A DNA stretch of 64,000 bases, from positions 4,915 through 68,914 of the IMG/VR virus record IMGVR_UViG_3300031857_000123; one strand, 5' to 3'. Positions 49,350 through 56,557 of this stretch are shown one piece after another. The notes under the pieces were generated by a model. That model was not told the origin of the DNA. It did no database searches and saw nothing but the letters and a program-made list of their open reading frames with translations. A program made the translations under genes and the position numbers. Each line of letters begins with the position of its first letter. Within the stretch, counting starts at the first letter, position 1. The DNA is from a virus.

Positions 49350-49424
49350 TGGTACTCCCGAACGGTTTCGATCCGTCTTTTCCGCCTTGAAAGGGCAGCG
49401 TCCTAGCCAGTAGACGACGGGAGC
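49350..49424 (-). tRNA. tRNA-Glu(TTC)
   Basis: CTGCC-CTTTCAA-GGCGG, CCA. Confidence 0.9.
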
Positions 49425-49486
49425 ATTGTTTGTTTAAAATATAATTATACAGCCAATGGGCTGAACAATCAAGATAAGAATTCGAG

Positions 49487-49562
49487 TGGTGCAACCCACA
49501 GGAATCGAACCTGTTTCAATGGCTCTTCAGACCACCGCTATGACCACATCAGCTAGAGTTGC
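49487..49562 (-). tRNA. tRNA-Phe(GAA)
   Basis: Loop CT-GAA-GA, CCA. Confidence 0.92.
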
Positions 49563-49575
49563 AATCGCAATCTTT

Positions 49576-49650
49576 TGGGCAGACAGTAGAGTTTCGATCT
49601 CTTTCTACGACTTTCACAGAGTCGGGTGCTCCCATTACACTACCTGCTGC
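49576..49650 (-). tRNA. tRNA-His(GTG)
   Basis: CGACT-CTGTGAA-AGTCG, G-1:C73, irregular acceptor stem. Confidence 0.85.
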
Positions 49651-49783
49651 ATTTTTGGGTTTTGCATGAATAGCTGCTTCGGCAGCCTTACACGCGGTTA
49701 GGGTATCAAACTGGCAACGGCCTCGTTCGCCGTATTTGTACTTACCATTGTTGCACTTTATACAGGGCATATATTCCTTTGTT

Positions 49784-49870
49784 TGGCGGGAGATACAGGA
49801 ATCGAACCTGTCAGCCTATTTCTAAACGAAGGCTTAGCAAGCCTCTGTTGCACCTTGCAACACATCTCCC
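49784..49870 (-). tRNA. tRNA-Ser(GCT)
   Basis: Loop TT-GCT-AA, variable arm, G73, CCA. Confidence 0.9.
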
Positions 49871-49871
49871 G

Positions 49872-49993
49872 TACCATATTTGAACACACTAGCACCCACT
49901 TTTGCAACGTGTACTTTGTTGCCTAGACGTGTTGCCTTGCAAGGATTAAACAAGTGGTTGAACGCCAGCTTGCTAATGTGCTCAAATATGGTA
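49872..49993 (-). ncRNA. Long-stem-closed structured RNA candidate (E3)
   Basis: ~23-bp terminal stem including the ACCA of tRNA-Lys, two G-U pairs on the minus strand. Confidence 0.6.
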
Positions 49994-50063
49994 GACGCAC
50001 AGAGAATCGAACTCTGATTTGCTGGTTAAAAGCCAGCTACTTTAGCCGTTAAGTTATACGTCC
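49989..50063 (-). tRNA. tRNA-Lys(TTT)
   Basis: GCTGG-CTTTTAA-CCAGC, CCA. Confidence 0.92.
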
Positions 50064-50176
50064 AGGCTGCGCTTCCATTTGCCACGAAGCTGCTTGTGGC
50101 TTTTTGTATGTGAACCACTGCCGCCACGCTTCATCAAAGCTAAGGCAACATGATTCCGGGGTTTTCGTGTTTTCAT
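50054..50176 (-). CDS. Small basic peptide (KPRN.VA...G.H.K)
   Basis: SD AAGGA; stop codon lies inside tRNA-Lys. Confidence 0.55.
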   Translation of the reverse strand: MKTRKPRNHVALALMKRGGSGSHTKSHKQLRGKWKRSLDV

Positions 50177-50186
50177 AAATTTCCTT

Positions 50187-50261
50187 TGGTGGACCGTGGG
50201 AGGATCGAACTCCCGCTTCATGCTTGCAAAGCACATGTGCTACCATTATCACTAACAGCCC
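50187..50261 (-). tRNA. tRNA-Ala(TGC)
   Basis: G3-U70, loop TT-TGC-AA, CCA. Confidence 0.93.
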
Positions 50262-50267
50262 AAATTG

Positions 50268-50351
50268 TGGTGCGTCGAGAGAGACTCGAACTCTCAATCC
50301 TTTCGGCACTGGCTTCTAAGACCAGCGTGTATACCATTCCACCACCAACGC
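50268..50351 (-). tRNA. tRNA-Leu(TAG)
   Basis: Loop CT-TAG-AA, variable arm, CCA. Confidence 0.93.
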
Positions 50352-50516
50352 ATTATACTTTTATATCTACGTTTGTGCCTTTGTTAGGGTCTACATTTCT
50401 GTAATACACCACTTGTTGCACAAACTGTTTATTGTTACTGTCTACCCTAGTTGTATAGACTATTTCTCGTACCTTACCCATGTAAGGTGAGAATGTTCTT
50501 GATACGCTAATTGTTT

Positions 50517-50702
50517 CCATATTGTTGTATACTTTGTTTACTACCCACCCCGCTAAGGGTGTGTTTCTGGATTATCGTGTTCATGACGCACGCCTATGCC
50601 AGAACCCAGACCATACCCACCAACTTTCCCGGGTGTTGATGTTCTCAAGCCTGCAAGGTTCCATAACTGAATTGGCCACTAGCAAAGCATACAACAATAT
50701 GG
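50517..50702 (-). ncRNA. 186-nt long-stem-closed RNA candidate (E2)
   Basis: 20-bp terminal stem CCATATTGTTGTATGCTTTG with one G-U pair on the minus strand. Confidence 0.6.
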
Positions 50703-50707
50703 TCTAA

Positions 50708-51217
50708 TTACTCAGAACCATGTGTAATTCTGTGACAATTAGCACACAGAACTTTTAAATTACTAATAGAGTTATTTTCTCTATCTTTATCTATATGATG
50801 TACTTCTAGTGCTAAGACGTTGTCAAAACCACATATAGCGCATTTGCACCCATAATGTTTAAGTGCACGAGTTCTATAGGTAGAAGCACCATCTTTTGTT
50901 CTAAAGTAGGTGTTTGAACAAGCTCTAGAACAAGTTACTTGCTTATTACTATCGCGAACTTCTGTGGTAAACATACTACCACAGCAAACACATTTTCTTT
51001 GTTCAAGCTTTAATGGAGGGATTCCGTTAATAGTAAAATGAGATGTGTCCAATTCATTACCGTCTAAGAATTGTTTGACGATTGTGATATATTGCCCTTT
51101 TTTAGCGTATCCAAGTTTATTTAAAACTTGTGCTGTGGACAACGAAGTATCTACATACTCAAATAATTTTCCAGAAACTAAAGCTTGCTCTAGTTTATTG
51201 ATTAAAACTTTACTCAT
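50708..51217 (-). CDS. HNH homing endonuclease
   Basis: C..C and CS..C zinc motifs, CAICG, EVHH...R.NN...NL..LC.NCH; own promoter at 51240-51268. Confidence 0.88.
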   Translation of the reverse strand: MSKVLINKLEQALVSGKLFEYVDTSLSTAQVLNKLGYAKKGQYITIVKQFLDGNELDTSHFTINGIPPLKLEQRKCVCCGSMFTTEVRDSNKQVTCSRACSNTYFRTKDGASTYRTRALKHYGCKCAICGFDNVLALEVHHIDKDRENNSISNLKVLCANCHRITHGSE

Positions 51218-51286
51218 AAAATCTCCTGCTCATGTATATATTATACATCAATAGCAAGAATTTTGCAAGTTAATTTTTGGTCACGG

Positions 51287-51365
51287 TGGTCCGAGTGGAA
51301 GGATTCGAACCTTCGATCTCTGCTTCCCAAAAGCAGCGGATTAAACCGGACTTTCCTACACTCGG
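51287..51365 (-). tRNA. tRNA-Pro(TGG)
   Basis: CTGCT-TTTGGGA-AGCAG, C1-G72, CCA. Confidence 0.92.
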
Positions 51366-51484
51366 ATGTGTTAGTTTATTGAAGCAAACTAACAAAACTT
51401 ACTGGAATACGCAAGACTGTCCAGTGCAACAAAGAACAATAATTATACCTGAAATGTAAAATAACTACAAGTGTAAAATTTTAA

Positions 51485-51653
51485 TGGTGGATCGGGCAGG
51501 ACTCGAACCTGCTAACTAAAATTATACAGCCCCGTAAGCAATATATTCGAATTCAGCCCACCTGTAACTTCATGTTTGCGACAGAGGAAGTAATCCTAGG
51601 GTGAAGGGGTTGTATGCCGGCTCTATGCTTTAACCATGTTAAGCTACCGATCC
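51485..51653 (-). ncRNA. tRNA-shaped RNA with ~95-nt insert replacing the anticodon loop
   Basis: Perfect GGATCGG/CCGATCC-A-CCA acceptor, D-arm GCTT/AAGC, T-arm GCAGG-TTCGAGT-CCTGC. Confidence 0.8.
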
Positions 51654-51754
51654 ATATATTAGTACTTATTTTAACACAAGGGCGATTAACTCCCACCGGA
51701 TATATAGATTATCACTCTTTTGACGGCACGTATGTATAAGTACTAATATATGGA
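51651..51754 (-). ncRNA. Long-stem-closed RNA candidate (E1)
   Basis: 19-bp perfect terminal stem TCCATATATTAGTACTTAT. Confidence 0.6.
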
Positions 51755-52156
51755 GACCATCCCTAAATGGTCAACATATAGTCTTATTACTGAGGGCGAC
51801 AGCCCCACTGTATCTTAGAATATCCAAACATCCCTTCTACAGCGGCAGGGCGTTCTTTTGGTTGACGGGGCTTACACCCGCCTCGAACGTAACTTATTCC
51901 TAGGGGCTAGAACTTGTCAGAGGAACGGGACTTAATTACTATTTTTATAGACTCTGAGTGCTTCAGCGTCAAGGCTAGCATAAACTCGGAAACTATCGCG
52001 ACCAACCTTGTCATAAAGATCGTTTGCCATTTGCTCAAGATTTACAAGTTGCTCGATTGAGATCAAGGTACAAGTAACATATCGTGACAAGAAAGCATCA
52101 ATTAAAAAATCGCGTGAATAGCCTGCCATGTTTTCTCCAAATCAGCCTATATTATA

Positions 52157-52486
52157 TCAATAAACAACTGTTTCGTCAAATGTCAAAACTCTGATCTTAA
52201 CATCACCACGTTCTTCAGCTCGCGCAAGCCAGGTGTTTAGTACACTGTGCATAAACGAACTCATGTGATAGTTGTGTGCATGACAACGATAAGTGCTGCC
52301 ACTATACCCATCAAACTCAAGCCAGTCACCATCACGGCGTACTTGAGTAATCCCACTATTAAGTTTCCAGCTATCACTGCCCATGTAACCACCATACCAA
52401 CCAGCAAAAACTTTGCGCGTGGGTGTGGTTAGTTCAGGTGCGTCAAATTCTAGCACAACCCAAACATCTGGTGTGTATTCACTCAT
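52157..52486 (-). CDS. Conserved phage hypothetical protein
   Basis: PD.WV, W.GGY...DSWKLNSGI, F.G.SGS.Y.C motif common in lytic phages. Confidence 0.65.
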   Translation of the reverse strand: MSEYTPDVWVVLEFDAPELTTPTRKVFAGWYGGYMGSDSWKLNSGITQVRRDGDWLEFDGYSGSTYRCHAHNYHMSSFMHSVLNTWLARAEERGDVKIRVLTFDETVVY

Positions 52487-52712
52487 ATGTATCCTCTTTA
52501 GGCCAGTTCTTGAGACTTTTATCTACTTCAATTTCTTCAATGGAATATTCGGGCATAGGAAACCTACGCTCTAAGGTTTCATAAGAAACACCATGAAATA
52601 CCGCGACAACACTATTCCAGCCGGGTATTACTTTATTTACAATGTAAACAGTACTCATATTATTTCTCCGAATCAGACTATATTATAATCTGATTCAAGG
52701 ACTTAATTCAAG

Positions 52713-53108
52713 TCAATATTTTGTTTGTTCAGCCAGTCGACGGTACTCGCCGCCAGTAGGATGTATACCATCTTTGGTGGTTTGTGTAATCACAAGTGTA
52801 ACGTCCCCATACATTTGCGCAACTTTTACCACAGGTGTTTGCTTGATGGTATTATTAGCTGGCAGTATCCAAGTTACACGACCACTAATACGATCACGTA
52901 ACTCCGCAATTTCTTTGAATGTTTTATCTGCCAACCAATCATTAGTGCCAAGACTAATAACGGTGTGTTGCGCTGCTGGCATTGTAGCCGCGAATCGTTT
53001 ATTCCAAGCAGTACTGGTAATACCCACACGTGCAATCAGCTCACACTGTGGACGGTGTTGGGCAACGCCCACGGCTATAGAGTCGCCAACTATCAAACAT
53101 TCTAACAT
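52713..53108 (-). CDS. SGNH/GDSL hydrolase-like protein
   Basis: GDSI, LGTND, DGIHP...Y. Confidence 0.8.
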   Translation of the reverse strand: MLECLIVGDSIAVGVAQHRPQCELIARVGITSTAWNKRFAATMPAAQHTVISLGTNDWLADKTFKEIAELRDRISGRVTWILPANNTIKQTPVVKVAQMYGDVTLVITQTTKDGIHPTGGEYRRLAEQTKY

Positions 53109-53114
53109 ATATTT

Positions 53115-53189
53115 TGGTCCGCCGTGCAGGAATCGAACCCACATTAAGGGCTTAGAAGACCCCTGTATTATCCATTATACGAACGGCAG
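53115..53189 (-). tRNA. tRNA-Arg(TCT)
   Basis: GGGGT-CTTCTAA-GCCCT, CCA. Confidence 0.92.
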
Positions 53190-53194
53190 ATGTT

Positions 53195-53641
53195 TTAGCT
53201 GTAAATACGCATAATCGGCTTGTAAACACTAAATAGTTCACGGTTGTAGATTTCGACTAGCTCTGGGTCCATGTAGTCGTAATTGTCTGGAATATCAAGC
53301 ACAATGGCTTTTGAATTCATTAAGTCAACCAGGTCGTAGTCGGCCACAAACTCCAGCTCAAGCTCGTCTTTGTTGTGCGGATTCACAAACACAATCTTGT
53401 CTGCCCAGTGAATCAAGTTGGCTGAACACGGCACTAGTGCGTAGTTAAAGTTTGATCCACAACTACGGGCATTGATGCCGTGTTGTGCGGCTAGAGTAGC
53501 GCCGGTTGGGCTTCGCAAGAGGCCAGCACTGCACACAAAAAGCCAGCGAGCAGCGTGACCTTGATGTGAGTTAGCATATGGAGCTGTGGTTTTAAAGATT
53601 GCAGCATTTCGCGTGCCTGCGGCAAAGTATTTGTCTGTCAT
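53195..53641 (-). CDS. Low-molecular-weight protein tyrosine phosphatase-like protein
   Basis: LFVC-x5-RSPT (CSAGLLRS), WAD.I, LDIPD.Y.YM.P.L. Confidence 0.82.
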   Translation of the reverse strand: MTDKYFAAGTRNAAIFKTTAPYANSHQGHAARWLFVCSAGLLRSPTGATLAAQHGINARSCGSNFNYALVPCSANLIHWADKIVFVNPHNKDELELEFVADYDLVDLMNSKAIVLDIPDNYDYMDPELVEIYNRELFSVYKPIMRIYS

Positions 53642-54654
53642 TTTAGTAGTTGTTGTGCAAGTGGTGTACTTGCTAAGTTTTTTTGTTTTGATTCACACAT
53701 TATATCGGCAACTGGACTAAATGTCAAGGCCCAGTTATTCACATCCTGATTCCAGTAGTAATCACTGTGAGCACGAAGCTTGGCGGATGTAAAGCCTAGA
53801 GCTTTGAGTTGCTGCAAGTCTGGTCTAGTGTTTGGGTCGTGTTCGACCAAGCAGTCTTCACGGCTGACACTATAGTGTACGACAGGACGCACACCACGCC
53901 AGCTATCGCACACACGCTTAAAACGTTCATCAGTAGGTTCAATGTATTCTCCTGAGTTAATCCAGTGGTGGTGAATGTCAAGCACAAGTGCACAAGTGTC
54001 TACTAGTTCAAGACTAGCATCAAGACCCCAGGTAAACTCGGCATTTTCGATTGTTAGGCAGTTACGTGCTTCGGGGCTAAGACGACGCATGGCGGCTTTG
54101 ATGCCATTGGGACCTAGCTTACCGCCAACGTGCACATTGCACTTGAAGTCTTGAAACTGCTTGCCGTAACCCATGTAACGAATCAGGTCAGCATGATACT
54201 CAAATTCGGTAATACTATTCTCTACAACGCCAGGATTCTCACTTGCCAACACGCAAAACTGACCTGGGTGGAAGCTCAGACGAATATCGTGTTCGCGAGC
54301 AAAGTCGCCGCACATACCTAAGTGAGCTTCGAGCTTTGCAACAACATCTGATTCAAAGTAGAATGGCATATAGTCGTCATGAGTATATGCAGGCAACATA
54401 TCTGATGTAATACGAAACATACGCTGATTGTGCGGCTGCTTGGCAACCCACTTGAGCTGACGATAGAAAGCATTCAGGTTATGGTCAAGCAAACCCCACA
54501 GCTTACTACGCCAACCGTCCGGTGTCTGACGAGCAAGATATGTAATAGTTGTAGACTTGGTGTTCAAGTCTGGGTGTGCAGTATCATGCTCTGTTTGAAT
54601 TTTACAAGCAAAGCCAATGCGCTGAATGTTTTGATTAAAATATGTCATAGCCAC
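53638..54654 (-). CDS. uvsE: UV-damage endonuclease (UvsE/UVDE)
   Basis: IGFAC, FRI.S, RLSFHPGQF.VL.S, N.H.GG, TIEN, LDIHHH, AHSDY, MCESK.K. Confidence 0.9.
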   Translation of the reverse strand: MAMTYFNQNIQRIGFACKIQTEHDTAHPDLNTKSTTITYLARQTPDGWRSKLWGLLDHNLNAFYRQLKWVAKQPHNQRMFRITSDMLPAYTHDDYMPFYFESDVVAKLEAHLGMCGDFAREHDIRLSFHPGQFCVLASENPGVVENSITEFEYHADLIRYMGYGKQFQDFKCNVHVGGKLGPNGIKAAMRRLSPEARNCLTIENAEFTWGLDASLELVDTCALVLDIHHHWINSGEYIEPTDERFKRVCDSWRGVRPVVHYSVSREDCLVEHDPNTRPDLQQLKALGFTSAKLRAHSDYYWNQDVNNWALTFSPVADIMCESKQKNLASTPLAQQLLK

Positions 54655-54692
54655 AATTATAACAAAAACAGTTCAGCAAATCAAATCAATAT

Positions 54693-54926
54693 TTATCGAC
54701 CTACTAAGCCAAAGCAGATTCTGCACACAGGAAACTCGTCCTGATCGGTTTTGTGGTCGCTGCCCCAAATACCGCAGTGCGAGCATTCACAGCAGTAGGA
54801 TTCTAACAAGTAGTCATCAATGTCTTCAATATCAATGCCAGCATCACGGCAAGCTTCAGTAAGGGTTTTACGGGTTCCTGTCAAGCGCTTAGTTAGCCGC
54901 TTGTACATCTGGTTTATATCGGTCAT
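54693..54926 (-). CDS. Small zinc-ribbon protein
   Basis: C..CG.W and C..C motifs. Confidence 0.5.
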   Translation of the reverse strand: MTDINQMYKRLTKRLTGTRKTLTEACRDAGIDIEDIDDYLLESYCCECSHCGIWGSDHKTDQDEFPVCRICFGLVGR

Positions 54927-55395
54927 CTAGGTGGGGGTGGGTTTTCTCGAATTCTAAAAGGAACATAATACAGCAGGCTGCGTGAGCCAGGTGTGACAAG
55001 CCTGATTCAGGGTCACGATCTTCACCAGCATTAAATGCTGTGATATGTCGCATTGCTGCGCTTAAGGGTCGGCTCCAGGCAAAGCCCTTGCGCCAGTTGT
55101 GTTCTGCGTATTTTTGTGCACCAAATGCCAACACAGCAGCCGTTTGATTCATGGCTTCTGTTGATAGCAGGTGTAGGGGCAGTTTGTCTTGGTCAAACTT
55201 TAGTGCTGTACCCGCTGCTTTTTGAATCTCTGCAATCTTGTTTCCACCACGCAGCATTATTTCATCAGCCATTGCCTTAATTTGCTCAGTGGTTGGATAA
55301 CCATCGTCTGGTGGATATTGCGCGGCTCTGTCAGCATCGGTTGGAAATTCTCCAAACATCATTTTGTATTCTGTGTTTTCGTCTAGTTTAGGCAT
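54889..55395 (-). CDS. dATP/dGTP diphosphohydrolase-domain protein (DUF5664-like)
   Basis: KFD..K....LL, FGA.KY..NW.KG, A.RH, GED.DPESGL.HLAHA.C. Confidence 0.8.
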   Translation of the reverse strand: MPKLDENTEYKMMFGEFPTDADRAAQYPPDDGYPTTEQIKAMADEIMLRGGNKIAEIQKAAGTALKFDQDKLPLHLLSTEAMNQTAAVLAFGAQKYAEHNWRKGFAWSRPLSAAMRHITAFNAGEDRDPESGLSHLAHAACCIMFLLEFEKTHPHLDDRYKPDVQAAN

Positions 55396-55590
55396 CTGGT
55401 TTCTTGGTTAGTAGTGCTGCAATTTGAGCTTTTTTGTGTAAGCTGTTGAGAATGTGTGTAGGAATGTTTACTGGCCGGTTATTTTGACGACACCAATCTT
55501 CATAAACAGGCAAAAGCTTGTTTAAGATCAAGTCTTCTAGCTCGCGGGCATAAGATTTGTAAATAGGCATGGTATTCCTCCAGTTGACTA

Positions 55591-55693
55591 ATTATACCGC
55601 AAAGGCAAAACTTTTTCAAATGTAAATTTTGCTGTGTTGGCGCAGTGCACCGACAATTTTTGACTTGTCACACGCCGGTGTTTGAGTTATAAT
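55591..55693. promoter_or_regulatory. Divergent sigma70 promoter pair at the strand switch
   Basis: Minus: TTGAAA-17-TATAAT (55619-55591); plus: TTGTCA-17-TATAAT (55665-55693). Confidence 0.8.
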
Positions 55694-55724
55694 GTTAAAC
55701 ACCTACAAAACTTTGTAATAAAAC

Positions 55725-55988
55725 ATGGACATTAATCTGCTCGTACAGCGTCTCCGACACGGAGACACTTATACAGTACAGGATGGGGACAACGACCCAT
55801 ATCAAGTCAATCGACCCCCTAATCACCTTATGATCAAAGCTGCTGATGTTATTGTGCACCAAGATAGTGTACTAAAACAAAATCATGAAACAATTTCTAG
55901 CTTGCAACGTCAACTCAACGAACTCACACAACAATATGAAACGCTTCGAACTCAGTATACTACTACAGCAGCTAGCGGAACGTCTTGA
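55725..55988 (+). CDS. Hypothetical coiled-coil protein
   Basis: First ORF after the plus-strand promoter. Confidence 0.5.
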   Translation: MDINLLVQRLRHGDTYTVQDGDNDPYQVNRPPNHLMIKAADVIVHQDSVLKQNHETISSLQRQLNELTQQYETLRTQYTTTAASGTS

Positions 55989-56047
55989 TTGTGGTGAAGG
56001 CACTCGGCTAGAACAGATGAGCTTTGATGCACTAATGGAGATCTTAA

Positions 56048-56509
56048 ATGAAGACATTAAAAATCGGAATACTGTGCCTGATGCTAGTGCCTTTTACCCT
56101 TGGCCTAGGCAACGCCCATGATGGCAAAAAAGTAAAACAACCACGCTGGGCAGAGGTAGAGTGTTTGGCTAAAAACATTTACCACGAATCCCGCAATCAA
56201 CCGCTTGAGGGTCAGATTGCTGTTGCGCAAGTTACAGTTAACCGTGTAGCTAGCCAACAGTTCCAAAATACCGTGTGTGGTGTAGTTTATGCACCCAGCC
56301 AGTTTTCGTGGACACTAGACAAGCGTAAGCGTGTGCGAGATCAAGAAGCCTGGCGGGTTAGTGTTAGTATTGCACGTGCTGTGCTAACACGCTCAATAAC
56401 TCTACCACACTTTCCTGCACTATACTTTCATACACCACAAGTAAACCCACGTTGGAATCGTGGTAAGCGTGTTGTGGCCAGAATTGGAAATCATATTTTT
56501 TACAGTTGA
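56048..56509 (+). CDS. SleB-like cell wall hydrolase
   Basis: CLA.NIY.E.R....GQ.AVA.VT.NR, QFSW, ALYFH, IGNH.FY. Confidence 0.9.
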   Translation: MKTLKIGILCLMLVPFTLGLGNAHDGKKVKQPRWAEVECLAKNIYHESRNQPLEGQIAVAQVTVNRVASQQFQNTVCGVVYAPSQFSWTLDKRKRVRDQEAWRVSVSIARAVLTRSITLPHFPALYFHTPQVNPRWNRGKRVVARIGNHIFYS

Positions 56510-56557
56510 ATCCTTGAACTGAGTCTGGTATAATAAACAAATCAAGGAAATAATATT

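Noticed and set aside
51344-51358. AGGAAAGTCCGG resembling the RNase P RNA P4 signature
   Set aside because: It is the D-arm of tRNA-Pro; no matching 3' RNase P motif was found nearby
47556-51459. Track ORFs overlapping tRNA genes (extension of 47085 to 47690; 48045, 49240, 49486, 50049, 51277)
   Set aside because: They coincide with well-formed tRNAs and lack SD or protein motifs
51520-51625. Group I intron in a tRNA anticodon loop
   Set aside because: The insert is only ~95 nt and I see no P7 core motifs; kept instead as a tRNA-shaped RNA finding
43500-53189. Stop-codon reassignment or suppressor tRNA
   Set aside because: No CTA, TTA or TCA anticodon was found, and core genes translate full-length with the standard code
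54889-55395. Z-base (2-aminoadenine) genome suggested by the dATP/dGTP diphosphohydrolase
   Set aside because: No PurZ homologue in the window, and the domain is common in phages without modified bases
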